64,000 nt of DNA from Felis catus (Eukaryota): positions 126,420,001 to 126,484,000 of the forward strand of contig NC_058368.1 in NCBI RefSeq assembly GCF_018350175.1, written 5' to 3'. Shown here one piece after another: positions 14,175 to 27,704 of this stretch (the first letter of the stretch is position 1; each line of letters begins with the position of its first letter). Both the position numbers and the translations under genes were made by a program. The notes under the pieces are model-generated. The model made no database searches and was not told the origin of the DNA. It worked only from the letters and a program-made list of their open reading frames with translations.

Positions 14175-14245
14175 AAAATATTTTTTGTATTTTTCAAACA
14201 CTCACTTTATAAAATAGTTTTGTATTTTTTAAACACTCACTTCAT
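14175..14245. repeat. Two-copy ~35-bp tandem duplication
   Basis: AAAATA(T/G)TTTT(T)GTATTTTT(C/T)AAACACTCACTT(T/C)AT occurs twice, head to tail. Confidence 0.8.
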
Positions 14246-14617
14246 CAAAAAGAATATATGCAAGATATTTTTTTAAATCAAATACTATAGACGGGCGTAT
14301 AGTACAAAGACAAAAATAATTCAAATCTTACCAGCCCCATTACAGCTGTCTCCTCTTGCAATCAATTTTGATGGTTTTTAGATCTTTTTTTATAAACACT
14401 ATTGCATTTCTATATAGGAGATTTACACCATGATTCATGAGTCTTCATATGATTGGTGAAATCTTATCCCACTTGGGCTGATACTCGTATCATCTCTATT
14501 TTTTCACACATACATATATTTTCCATTGATTACCACTGGAACATTAAATAATATGATTTAACCTTTTATTTCATCACCTATAAATAATTTATCTTAATAG
14601 TTTTAAAATTAAGTGCC

Positions 14618-14986
14618 TGCTATGTTCTGATTGTGTCCATACCCAAATACCCAAATTCATATGTTAAAACCTAATCCCCAATATGATGGTGTGGGGAATT
14701 TTGGGACGTGATTAGGGCATGAAAGAAGGGCCTTCATGAATGGGATACATGTTTTGCCAAAGATGCCCCAGAGAACTCCTTCACATCTACTGCCAGGTGA
14801 GGATACAGCAAGAGATGGCCGTCTATGGACCAAGAAGCAGGTCTTTACCAGACACAGAATCTTCCAGTACCTTGATCTTAGATTTCCCAGCCTCCAGAAC
14901 TGTGAGAAAGACATCTGTTTTTGTTTTTTTTAATAAACTACTTAGTCTATGGTATTCTGTTATAGCAGCCTGAATGGACTAAAATA
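14618..14986 (+). mobile_element. MLT1A-type MaLR solo LTR
   Basis: CCCAAATTCATATGTTAAAACCTAA; CCAGCCTCCAGAACTGTGAGAAA; GGTATTCTGTTATAGCAGCC. Confidence 0.85.
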
Positions 14987-16763
14987 GCCTCCACTGCACC
15001 ATCATCTGTGCATTTTTGTGCAGTGCCCAAATTGTACAACTATACACTGAACCCTGACTTACCCCTCTTTTCTGTTTGTTTTCATTTCCCACTATTATCA
15101 AATGTAGTTTACTTTCAACCTTTACATTCTATTTTGTAACACAATTACATGCACTTTGTATATAGGTTGAATGCTATGCTCATATATTATTCATTGTAGA
15201 AAAAAGAAGTTATGATTATACTTCCTTTCTTTTGTTTTTCTGAAATTGCCAGTTTTTACTTTTTATTCTTGTTCTCTCCTTCTCCCTCTCTTTTCCTCCT
15301 CCTCTTCTTCTTCTTCTTCCTCTTCTTCCTTTTCTCTCTCTCTTTTTCTCCCTACTCCTCATTTCAAACATTCCTTTCTTTACTTGAACCTAAATTATTT
15401 AATCTTGGCATCTTCTGCATGGAGGGGTTTTCTAATTATTTTCTTGGGTTGAAACCATTATTTCCCAGAGCCCGTGTCTTTTTTTTTTTTTTTAAACTTC
15501 AATCTTGTTGTACCAGATTGGAGCATCACCTCAAGTAACTGCCTAGAGGAGAGATAAAGCCTTGCATATCTAAGTTATCTTCTCTTTGCCTTCAAATTTC
15601 ATCAGTAATTTGGCTTAGAACAGAATTCTAGACTGAACACCATTCCTCTCAGAATTTTGAGTCTTGACACCACTGACTTCTAACATCCAGTATGGTAGAT
15701 GAGATGTTTATTTTCAGTCAGATCCTGTCTGGTTTTTTTTCCTGCCTTATTCCATAATCATACCTCCACCACCAGTATAAATGTTGGTACATTCTCTTTC
15801 TCCTTATTCCTTTAAAATTTCACAACGGTTGCCTAAGTATTTTTTCAAAATCAGCTCATCATATTCTAGTGTTTTCCATATGAAATCTTTTGTGTTCTTT
15901 CAGCTTGGAAACTTACCTTTTAAAGTATATTTGATGATTTCTTCACCTCCATTTCTACTCTTTCTAAAACTAATTAAATTGCTTGGTTGCAGGTCTTATT
16001 TTATCTTTAGCTTCAAAACTTCAGTCTCTAGTGTTTTAGATACCATAATAGGTTATAGATGGATTTAAATCTCACCTGCCCAACTTATTATCTGTGTGAT
16101 GCATAGGAATTTCTTAATCTTTCTTGCTTTCCTCACCTATAAGATGGACTCGTGGTAGTGTCTACCAATAAGGTTGTTCTGAGGAGTAAATAATTCATTA
16201 GCATAGTACCCATTACACAGAGTAAGAACTTTTAAAATGTTAGGTGTTCTTTTTGGAAATAGCATAGCAGGTAAGTTCATAGACTCTAGAGCTAAAGTGA
16301 GTGGGTTTTAATCCTGACTCATTAGCTAACTGACCTTGCTTGGGCAAGTTGCCTAATCTCTCCATACTTCAGCTATAAAAAAGAACATTATACCATTACA
16401 TACATGATAGGCTTGTATTGATTAAAATGCTTAGAATACTTCTCAGTTACTTGGAAAATATTAGCTGTTTGGAAAAGTTCCTTGACTTAGTCTTTCAAAC
16501 TGAGAAAAACTTTTATATTTTGTGAGTTATGTTTTTAACTTCCCTGACCACTTTCATGTTCTCTCACAGTTTCTTTTTCATAGCATCCTATATGGTTTGT
16601 GGATACACTATTGTCTCAAATTTTTCTGAAGCTACTAATTTGACATTTTGTTCCTAGAATAATATTAATTTTTTCCTACATGATGTTCAAAATATGTTTA
16701 TCTTCTTCTTTTGTTTCCATTTAGAAGTCTTTCCTAAAATGCCTGAAGAGTGTTAGTCAGTTA

Positions 16764-17084
16764 CAGCTGACCCTTGAACAACAAGAATTTGAACTATGCA
16801 GATCCATTTATACATGAATACTTTTTGATAAATGCAGCACAGTACTGTAAATGTATCTTCCCTTCCTTATAATTTTCCAAATCACATTTTCTGTTCTCTA
16901 CGTTATTTTGTTGTAAGAACACAGTGTACATTACAAATAACAGGCAAAATATGTGTTAATCGACTGTTTATGTAAGTAAGTAAGGCTTCTGATCAATAGT
17001 TTTGGAGAGTCAGAAGTCATATATGCATTTCTGACTTTGTGGGGCATCAGTGCCCTAAGCCCTGTGTGGTCCAAGAGTCAACTG
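16764..17084. mobile_element. Tigger2-derived non-autonomous DNA transposon (TcMar)
   Basis: Imperfect TIRs CAGCTGACCCTTGAACAAC / GTGGTCCAAGAGTCAACTG with TA on both sides. Confidence 0.85.
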
Positions 17085-20000
17085 TATTTTCTGTTTCAGA
17101 ACAAGGTCATAGAAGGTCTCACTTGGGCATCTGTGAACTGGAAGTGGTACAATTAATGGTTCCTATTGCTTTAGGGGGAGAAGGTAAGAAACTGATCATT
17201 CTCTTGGATGGCTCCCAAATTCCAGGAATCAGTGAGTTTTGCTTTGGTGTGACAGTATTCACACTGGCTTCCCTGGTTGTCCTGGACAGTTTTTGCTCAG
17301 TTTCTTTGGGGGAAGAACCCTTATGTTTCAGGGATACGCCTTCAGGGATAACTGCTGGTCTTCTGGCTGCCAGGTCTGATAGGGTAGGAAAATCAAGTCT
17401 TCTGTATTAAGACTTTCTATTAATTTCCCATTTTTTACTCTCTCCATTTGGCCTTGAGTGTGAAGGCTTGCCAAGACTCCACGGGGCAGCTGTTTGCTTC
17501 TATGGTGGCAGCACATACAGCAAGAATTCTGGGTCATGGCCTCCTCCCACTTTGCCCATACTGTAAACATCATCTTTATCCTTCTGCCTTCCAGAAGCTT
17601 ATTGAAATTTCTTTTCTACAGATAGCCTCTCTCCCATTCTGTCTGTTGTTATGGGAAAATACATGTTTTTATTCTTTCCTACTGAATTCATGTGGGTTTG
17701 TGAGGGGAAAGAGATAAATACAGATGTCCAGTCAGCCATCTTAAATGACCACTGTTGGAGATGTATTTTTTTTTTACCTTTTAAAGGTAAAAATTTTTCT
17801 CTTGTTTACCTTAACCTCATTTTCACACATTTTGGTTTTAATGACTTGGTCCCACATCATTGTCAGATATAAAGTGTGATTTGTGAAGGGGACTATTTAA
17901 CTATATAGGCATTTGTCTTGAGTTTATAAATACTGAGGACTATAGTTGCCCCTTTGTCTCTTGATACCTGTAGCTCATGCCTTCTGTGTGTCAGGAGGCT
18001 CTCCTTTGTTGGGTTGTACAACTTATTCCATCTCCTTTTGATTATAATAGCATTCCCAACAGGATGTAATTTGGGGGATGTTGGTAATATGCATATTTTT
18101 ATTATTAGCACATTATTCTTCCTTTCCCTTCCTGAAAGCCCTATATAGTCTCTTACCCTGGGGATGTGGGCTAGCTAACAAGGAACTTTCTAGAAGCACC
18201 ACACAAGAAACAGAGCTAGCTCTGAGAAACTCATTTGTTTTTTTAAATCCTTATTGGAAAAAAGATGTTTTAGACATTGTTTATGTGTGATACCTGAGAG
18301 ATAGAGTGGAGAGCAGGATAGACATGGTTCCTTTCATCCTATACCTTAGTTCTATAGGATTCTCATTAGTCCAACCCAATCTAGTTCTTATCAGCTTTTC
18401 TGACTTTAGCACCTATCTGCAGTGTGCACTTCCAATCCTACTTAATATTCTGAGCAGAAATAGGAGTCAGTAAGAGCCACAGAGGAGAAATCTTGGATGC
18501 ACTTTGCTGCGCTCCACAAAAGCAGTGTTACACTCTCTATTCTGTTTTCTTAGGGGCTCTCTCAGTGTATATGTGTGGGGGTGGGGGGTGTTGACAGAAG
18601 GTAAGACTACTGTGTAACCATATGTACTTAAAAGGTTTTTTTTATACCTACTTAGCATTTTAAATTGGACATGATAGGAAGGTAGAATTACATTTCCTGA
18701 GCAATTGTGCATTAACCAGATCTCTTATTTTCATCAGGGAACCACTTATGGTACTAACTCAGTAACACATATAAGTAAAGTCAAGAAGTACCAACATCAT
18801 TGTTTCTCTATTACAGATCCCACTTACCTTTTAGTCACTTCAAAATTCCCTAACTACTGCAAAAAGAAGGCAGCCTTAGAATTGTCACATTTTAGATTCT
18901 GGGCATAGAACTCTTTAGATGACATAGCAGTTGTCCCTTCCCCCCACTCCTTCCCTCCTAATGAGGCTGATAGCCACTAGAGGCCCTCCAAGTCTGGAAC
19001 TCAAACAATGGAATTGGAATGCTAAACAGCTCTTAGCAGCATCACCAGCCGAGGGGTAACTGTGGGGGTGATTAATCATTCTGAAAGCATATATCTGCCC
19101 ATCATGTCCACAACTGGCATATTAAATGCCTGCAGTCTGTTACATAGCCTGTGTAGGTTTCTCTTCTGAAGAGTACTATCTAAAATCAACAGTCCTTTCT
19201 GGGTTCATCTGTTCACTTTTTATTCTTTTCCAGAACTTTTCTCTTAATATTATTCTGCTTTGAAACAAACTCTCAGTGCTCAGCATCTTTAGTGAGGAAG
19301 TTCACAAACTGGCAAAGATGATCCTACTTTCTTATTCAGAAGAGGTTCTACAGAAGATGCTTCCTTCTATCCCTTGCATAGTAATGCCAAGCATTTGATT
19401 TCTCTGAATCAGATGAGTGACTGGGTTGAAAAACCTGGGTTATACCTGTACATTTTATCTTGCCACTGTCTCAGTACTCAGAGGTTTAGTTACAGCATAG
19501 TCTAGAACAGAACTTAATGGTCTGCCTTGTTCTCCACACAGGCTCTAATAACAGAAAAAGACAAGTTTGCATACACTTGATCCTTTTATGGTTGGGAGTC
19601 AAACAACCTACTGAACAGGCCACTTGTGGAATAACTGTGAACCAGAAGAACCTCTTCAACCCAAATCTTCCAGGCTAGTAATAAGGAGGGTTAAAGACCT
19701 CACTGCTATTTACTTGGGTGACTTCCCATTACCATTTAGATAAATCCAATCTTCTTTATCATCTTTCTCAAGTCCCCCATGGTTAACTCCCTAGTCAAAA
19801 TTGTTGTAGTACATTTTCCATTTTTCTTTTTATGATCTTTTCATCCATAATTTCATCTTTGCTGATGGCTCACCTGTTTGAAATTTTCTTAACAGTTTTC
19901 TGCAACAAGGGCTCAAGTCAGTTCCAGGAAGTTTGGTGCTAAGCAAATTTTATGAGTCTGTCCTTAGAGTGGGAGGTGAACCTGAGCCCCCTGGTCCTTG

Positions 20001-20442
20001 AGAGATATTCCACTTTTAACCTATTTCCCTGGTGAGGCTGTGAAAGCCCACAACATGGCAAACATACTAGCCTTCTATGGACTTGAGCTGATGTATTTAG
20101 TTATGGTTATTTGTCCTTTGAGAGATACACTAGAGTTTCAGTGAACTAGGCAACATTTCACCCTGTCTTATCACAATGGGACTGAAGGGTATAGCACACA
20201 AATGTTAAGAAATTCCATTATTAGCAGTTTATTTTAGCTTCCCTAAAATGGCACACAGTTGTATCTCAAGGAAAGAGACTATGATAGATCACTGCTCCTT
20301 TGCCATTAATTAGAAATATTGATTCTATGATTAAACACATTGTTCATTTTGTGTTTCAGATTTGCTTGATTTCCCAAGTCGCTTGAAAGAATAATCTGTT
20401 CAGAGTTCTTCAGGAGAAGAGGATTTTGGATATTTAAAAAAT

Positions 20443-20649
20443 CTTTTTAATGTTCATTTATTTTTGAGAGAGAGAGAGAGAAAGAATGAACAGGGAGGGA
20501 CAGAGAGAGAGGGAGACACAGAATTGGAAACAGGCTCCAGGCTCTGAGCTGTCAGCACAGAGTCCTATATGAGACTCGAACCCGCAGACCTTATGATCAT
20601 GACCTGAGCTGAAGTCGGACGCTTAACCAACTAAGCCACCCAGGCACCC
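20443..20649 (-). mobile_element. SINEC (felid type)
   Basis: CAGGCTCCAGGCTCTGAGCTGTCAGC core; ends GCCACCCAGGCACCC. Confidence 0.9.
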
Positions 20650-21104
20650 TGGATTTTTTTTTAAATCATTTTGGTCTGGTTCATAACAAAATATCAAATT
20701 ATCAAGATTCTGATCTTAAGCAAATGATGTTTTGTTTCATCCTAGGGAAAAAAACTTGAAAGTACTTGGTTCAGCTTCTTTTCTTAAACATTCTACTCCA
20801 AGTCTGATGCTAAGTTCAAAGGGAAGCAGTTCTCAGAATTTTGACCTTGATTTGTATAGAATCCACCTAGCCACTTTGATTTCCAAATCTTAAAGGAAAA
20901 AATCTTGTATATTAACTTTGACAAACTGCTCCCTGTAATTGATTCCTTGTACTTGATATAGTGGCCCATTGATTCCTTGCTTTCTGAGGATGTTTCTCTA
21001 TTTTTATTCTGAAAGTCGAGGATTAAAATGAGCTATTCTCTACCTCATTTAAACATGGTGATTTCAATAGGACACAGTAGTTTCAATTGTTACAACCCTT
21101 GATG

Positions 21105-21620
21105 TTGCACATTAAAGAGCCAAACAATAAGCCCCCCCCCCCAAATATGCTTCTTTAGCATAGGATTTTTTTTTGAAAAACTGCATACACAGGGGAAGCT
21201 CTGAAAACAGAGGTAGAGAGTAAGTACCCTTTTGTAAGAGAAAACTGTATTTAAAATGAAATTTTACACTAGAAAGGGCTCTTATACCTGGAAGAGAGCT
21301 ATTACCAGAGATCTTTTTGCCGTGAGAGGCCCATCTGCATCTGCAGGGCAATCTCTGTTTATCAGACGTCCTCCTTTTTCCTTCCTATGAGTTGTTATCT
21401 CAGCACGTCCCAATATTTATCTTTTGTCTTTACCTGAACTGGCATTGAAGTTGGTGGCTTGGGCCATTTCATGGAGTTATTCGTTCTTCCTGGACATCTC
21501 CCATGTATACATGAGGTATGCATGTTCATAAACTTCTGTTTGTTTTTCTACTGTTAATCTGTCCTTTATTACAGGAGGTATCAGCCAAGAACTTAAAAGA
21601 ACATTCTTTCTCCCGTGCAA
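21105..21620 (+). mobile_element. MER34-like ERV1 solo LTR
   Basis: CCCCAAATATGCTTCTTTAGCATAGGATT near the start; AAACTTCTGTTTGTTTTTCTACTGTTAATCTGTC near the 3' end. Confidence 0.7.
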
Positions 21621-21948
21621 CACCTAATGCAATGAAAAAACCTGAAGATGAAATTTATAATGACTAACAGTAGCTGCTGCTTCTGTGAAGTGGTAGATGC
21701 TGTTGCTGGGAAACTAAGTGGAAGGGAATTAGAGAAAATCAAAGCTTCTACATTTGCAGACTTAACAGGTGTGGAGGTAAGAGTTGTTTCAAGGGTTTGA
21801 TTCTTTGTGGCTTGATATAAGGTAGTTGATTGTGAGACCAGATATTTGCACTTTTAATAATTGTTGCAACATTTAGTGGTATTTTAGGTGATGATTTATA
21901 TTTGGAGCCGATAATCTGAGGAATTATTTAGAGATCTATCCTGGGAAA

Positions 21949-21961
21949 GCACGCGTGCACG

Positions 21962-22008
<47 letters not shown>
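21949..22008. repeat. (GC)n(AC)n alternating purine-pyrimidine tract
   Basis: 60 bp of uninterrupted RY alternation. Confidence 0.95.
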
Positions 22009-22009
<1 letters not shown>

Positions 22010-23265
22010 AAATGCGATATCTAAAATGTGTAGCTTTGCCAGAAAGCAGGGCTATAAATCAGTAAAATGGGAGTTTCAAATATTGGCTACCCAGCATGAA
22101 AAGACCTTATTACTAAATCTGTGATGCACTTATAAATCAAAGAAGCCCTGAGGTGGACAATAATTTATGTAAGAATTTTGCTTTTGACTACATAAGTGAT
22201 TGCTCTAATTCACTACTTCTTTAGTCTTGATAACTCAAATTTGTTATTATTTAGTGAGTGTCACCATGAATTTATTAAGTGATTAGCTAAAAATCACAGA
22301 TGTCCTAGATCAATTTACATATAAGGATAAGCAGCATTGTTAAAAAGCTTTCTACCTGCACAGTACATATACTTTTTCCCATCCCCTTAACTAGAATGCA
22401 TTTAGAGTCTAGATTAAAATTACCTGGAAATTGTAGTGTCAAGAATGGTTAAAATAATAATTTTGTGTTATATAAATCTTAACACAATAATAAGTCATTT
22501 TTAAAATGACTTTTAGAGCATTGAAACAAACAGAAGATAAACCAACACCGCAGCCCTGCCTCAAGATGTTGGGATTTAAAGGCATGGGTGTCACTAAACA
22601 CTCCACAGATGATTCTGATTTAGGTCCAGAATTACTAACCCCTGACCCAGATGATTACTTTTTCTCCAGCTGTGCCAGCTCATCCTTCATGCTAACGTCA
22701 TATCAGTGCCTCAGACACTGCTTTATTACATCATTCCCCTCTACCAGTTTCTCACTCACTCTCCTTTACTGGGCTGGGCCATTTGCAACTGTTTAAACTG
22801 TAACTTCTATAAATTGGAAAGGCTCCATTATATGTAATAGTTAGCACTTAGTATTAATTTTAATGCTGGGGAATTACTTAAAATACTGACACAGAGCATG
22901 ATATATGTGTCTGGATCTTCAGGGTCAGAACCAGGTCTGCAGTTTGTAAAACATATGGTTATCCTTAGGATGAAATTTTTTTGCTTGGTGGATCAGGTCG
23001 AGAAAGCTGAAATTCCAGAATCAAGATTTTATTTTGGGGAGGAGCTGAAGAAGGGGATTGTACTAAAATGCAAATATCCATAAGAGCGCAATCTGACATG
23101 GGATTGCTTTTCCTTTCTAACTGGACCATCATTCTTAAGGAAGATTTGATGGGAAATTGTTAGACCTTGAAAATGCTGGGCATCTTCAGGAACTCCCAGA
23201 ATAAGGAGACGCTCATAAAAGTGAAAGTTGTTGCTTCACCATTTCCCTGTAATAGTTCTGCTTTC

Positions 23266-23267
<2 letters not shown>

Positions 23268-23302
<35 letters not shown>
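23268..23302. repeat. (TG)n microsatellite
   Basis: Direct observation. Confidence 0.95.
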
Positions 23303-23303
<1 letters not shown>

Positions 23304-24821
23304 ACCTGCACACACTTGTGAAATATGCATATTATAGTGGGGAAAGTATTTAAGATTACAACAGTCTTCTAAGAGTAAACAATTGTTATTTGAATAGCAG
23401 CAATACCTTAGTTCAAAATTTTAAGACTGAACAATGAGAGAGAACTTGCTCAATTAAATATGAAAAAGTACCATCAAGTTGCAAAAACTAAGTGTTATGT
23501 GAATAGCATTGGAATACACAGAGACAAATGGTCAGATGAAGAAAAGGTCAATAAACAGACACACACATACATATGTATATACGTATTTTAGTGCTAAAGA
23601 TGGCATAAAATCATGAAGTCATTGAAATAATGAATAATGCACATTACATAAAATAATGTAAAAATGCATTATTTACATAGAAAATTAAAGCATTAGGCTC
23701 CTGTTTTATAAATAGATAAGATCGATTGATAATTCTGGGAAAACCCAATAAAACAAGAGGTTATCTCTATGTGGTAGTACTTTAGATAATTTAAAGTTTC
23801 CCCTTTTGTTTATCTGAATTTAAAATCTAAGTTATACTCATGTAACTTGTACAAAAATACTTTAACATTTTAAAAAAGCAAATATGAAAAGGTTTTCTTT
23901 TTATATCAAAAGCTTATAACTGAGAGATAGTTTATTTTGATACCATTATATAATTACTGAGGGTTTTCAAGAGCTTAGCCTGCTTATAAAAACAGAAGCA
24001 CAAGGAATATAGAGCCATGTCTAAAAAAAAAAAAAGAAAGAAAGACCTGTAAAATCTCAGTGGAAGACTGTATAAATGAAGTAAATACCAGGCTCACAGA
24101 ATAAAATGAACAAAGGAATTATCTTCCAGCAAAGTGGACACAGTAGGTGAAAGTTACACACTTCTACGAGGCACAGGAACTACAAGCTAGGTCAGAAGAA
24201 CTCATTTTATCAATATTTCAAGTTCAAAGTGGTCAAACTAAAGGGAAAACAAAATTATTTTTTGCCTGTAGTTCTCTCTTTGCCCTTTTTTCAGGGACAA
24301 CCCAGCAAAGATTGAAAATGTGCACAGAATAATGTTGAGGGTGGTGGCAGGCTGTCCACCAGAGTGACATGACCCGAGAGCCCACACAAGGATTGAGGCA
24401 GCAATATTTTCCAGCAAGCCTGTGCTTCTATTGCTAAGGGAACTGTGTAAATCAGATAAATGCCAAACTCGTAATTCACCCAGACACAGCTCTTCCACCA
24501 GCTAGGTCAATCCAATTATCTCAGAGCAGGGGCAATGGGAAGAGTGCGAGAGGACATATTAGGCAGCTTTCCACTGGCAAAAGGTAAAGAAATACACAAC
24601 TCCACACTACCACCTACAGGGTGGCCTCTTAACTTATAGCCACATAGAGCTTCTAGTTTCTGTCTCTTGGCCCAAACCACCTTCCTAAGACAATGGAGCA
24701 GGAGCAGACTTTTCATTAAGTGTTTGTATATGCCACATATTGATTCAAAATAAAGCCCCTTTCTTATGTCAGAATGGCTCTAAGTAATAACAGCCAATAC
24801 TTATTAAGAGCATACAATATG

Positions 24822-25040
24822 AGCGGTGCCTGGGTGGTTCAGTCGGTTCAGTACGACTTCAGCTCAGGTCATGATCTCACGGTTCATGGGTTGAAGCCCC
24901 GCATCAGTCTCTGTGCTGACAGCTCAGAGCCTGAGAGCCTGCTTCAGATTCTGTGTCTCCCTCTCTCTCTGCCCCTACCCTGCTCGCACTCTGTGTGTGT
25001 CTCTCTCTCAAAAATAAACATTAAAAAATTTAAAAAAAAA
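24822..25040 (+). mobile_element. SINEC (felid type)
   Basis: GCCTGGGTGGTTCAGTCGGTT head and A-tail; flanked by MIR-like sequence. Confidence 0.9.
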
Positions 25041-25479
25041 GAGTTTACACTATGCTGGGCACTGCTCTATGCCACTTGTAATTATTAATTTATTTGATGC
25101 TCATAACCTAAGGCAGTAAGTACTATATCCTCTCCATTTCCCATATAAGGAAACAAAGGTACAGAGAGATTAGGTGAGTTGATCAAGATCACACAGCTGG
25201 TAAGCGGCAGAGGTGGAGTACAAACAAAACCTTCTTTTTTGGCCACACAAGGTGTTCTGAGAGGGAAAAAATGGCTTAGTATAAGTTTAATGCTACTCAC
25301 AAGATTCTAGCCACAAGATTGGGTCAATTAAGTTTTTCAGTCTGATCAAATAGAACAGCACTTCACCTTCTTGAGGGTAGAGATAGAGATGAGCAAGAAG
25401 AGAAAACAAGAAAGGATTGAGGAAGGATGAAGAGACACAAATCTTGGGTAATTAAAAGCAGGGCCCAGAGAAGATAAAC

Positions 25480-25783
25480 AAACCATGATACATCCATATG
25501 ATAGAATACTACCCAGCAAGAAAAAGGAACAAATTACTGACCATGAAATATAGTAACATGGAATAATCTCAAGTGAATTATACCATACATAAAAGATTCT
25601 GGAATCTTTTCAATTTATATGACATGCTATATGATTCATAATCTGAAAAAGGCAATACATTGAAGCAGATCATACTGGCTGCCAGGATTTGAGGTGGGGG
25701 AGGGTTGACTATAAATGTGCATGGGGCAGGGTTTTGTGTAATGACCTACTGTATACGTTTGTCAGAACTCTCAGAAGTATGCA

Positions 25784-25845
<62 letters not shown>

Positions 25846-25870
25846 CTAAATTATATCTTTATTTAAAAAA
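25480..25870 (+). mobile_element. Old L1 3' end containing a (CA)n(TA)n microsatellite (25786-25845)
   Basis: ATAGAATACTACCCAGCAAGAAAAAGGAACAAATTACTGA and other L1 3'UTR-like motifs. Confidence 0.65.
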
Positions 25871-26296
25871 CATACAGGACCCACAGCAGTCAGAACCACT
25901 TCAAAATCTGCTTTTTAAGGAAAAGTCTTAGTAGATTAATTTTGTGCTTTTTAACATCTTCAATGAGCAGTTACTGTGCACATACAGTGTGGTAGGGTGG
26001 AGAGAACACACCAATAATAATAGCGTGTGGTCCTGTCTCAGGAAGCTCAAAGCCCGGTACATTTAATGATGTGAACTGATTCTCTCTGAAAAAATCTGAG
26101 AGACCGTAAGTAGGGAAAAGGATATAATTTTTCCTTTCAAATGAAATGTAAATTATATTATAGTGCCTATGTGTATAGTACAAAGTGGGGGTGCTTCACA
26201 TGTATCCCAGGGATGCCCTTACTGAACGAAATAGTTCATGTATCCATTTATTTCACAAATATTTACTGAGTGTCCACCATATACTGGGTGCTGAGG

Positions 26297-26697
26297 TGTG
26301 GTAGTTAGCTTTAGTTGTCAACTTGGCTATGTTATAGTCCCTAGTTGTTCATTCAAACACTAATCTAGGTGTTGCCTCAAAGGTATTTTGAACACGTGAT
26401 GTAAGTCCATAAATGACTGTAAGGGAGATTATCCTAGATAATCCAGGTGAGGTGGGTCTGAATCAGTCAGTTGGAAGGCCTTAAGAGCAGAGCTGAGGGT
26501 TCCCTGAAGAAGAAATTCAGCCTGTGGACAAAAGTTTCAACTCATGTCCAAGAGTTGCTGCCTGCCCTTCATGATGCCCACCCTACAGGTTTCAGATTTG
26601 TCTAGCCAGCCACCACCACCACATAGGCCAATTCCTTGCAAAAATCTTGATATGCATCTCCTACAGTTCAGAGATTCTGGTTGAATCTTGACTACTA
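26297..26697 (+). mobile_element. MLT2D-like ERVL LTR nested in an L2 fragment
   Basis: TGTGGTAGTTAGCTTTAGTTGTCAACTTG start; GAAGGCCTTAAGAGCAGAGCTGAGG; L2-like CATTTATTTCACAAATATTTACTGAG upstream. Confidence 0.75.
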
Positions 26698-26936
26698 CCC
26701 AAGAGAGAGGGATATAAAAGATAGACACAGATCTGGTCCTTACCAATTGTATGGTTTAGTGGAGATGACATGGGAGTAATCTGGTGATAACAATATAATT
26801 TTATGATGGTAGAAGTACAAGGAATATATTGGGAAATACCTGGCCTGGTCTTCAGAGTGGGATGGATAAGGAAAATGTCCTAGATGATGGAAAGTTTCAT
26901 TTAAGTTAAATTAACTATGCCTTAAGAAAGTACCAT

Positions 26937-26937
<1 letters not shown>

Positions 26938-26974
<37 letters not shown>
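26938..26974. repeat. (TG)n microsatellite
   Basis: Direct observation. Confidence 0.95.
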
Positions 26975-26975
<1 letters not shown>

Positions 26976-27497
26976 GCAGGAAGAGTAATGATATGGTGTT
27001 TCAAGCAGAAGATCTAGCCTATACTAAAGTATAAAGACAAAAGGAAACATGGCATAATGGAAGAGACTCAGTAAAGCTGGTGTGTATAGTATGAAGGTAT
27101 GAGAGGAAGGCTTTGAGAATAAGCAGAAGCTAGATCATGAAGGTCTTGTGAGTCCTGTTAAGTTGCTGGGCATGGGGGAAGCCATTAGAGGGTTTTAAAC
27201 ACAGAGAACACTTGATTAATTTTGGATTTCAGGATACAATATGGAGAATGGACTGGGAGAAAATGCAGGTTGGGGACTGGAAAAAATAACTCAAAGACTG
27301 ATGATGGTGACATAGTCTGTGAAGAAAACAGGTAGAAATGGAGAGGATTTAATTATAGAGATATTTAGACAGTAGACAATATCTTGGTGATTTATTGTAT
27401 TTGAGGAATAATAGAGATTGGAAAGTCCAATATCAAGCCAAAATTTCTGACCTGAGCAGCTTGGTGGATGGCAGAACCATGCACAAAGAGGGATGAA

Positions 27498-27704
27498 GTA
27501 CCTGGGTGGCTTAGTCGGTTAAGCATCCGACTCCTGGTTTCAGCTCAGGTTCTGGTCTTATGGTTCGTGGGATCAAGCCCAGCATCAGACTCTGTGCTAA
27601 CAGCATGTAGCCTACTTGGAATTCTCTCTCTCCCTCTCTCTGTCCATCCCTCACTCATACTGTCTCTGTCTCGCTCAAGATAAATAAATAAATAAACTCA
27701 AAAA
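27498..27704 (+). mobile_element. SINEC
   Basis: CCTGGGTGGCTTAGTCGGTTAAGC head, (CT)n, (AAAT)n tail. Confidence 0.9.

Noticed and set aside
18972..18990. CTCF-like CCACTAGAGG
   Set aside because: It lacks the GGC/GGCGC 3' part of the core motif.
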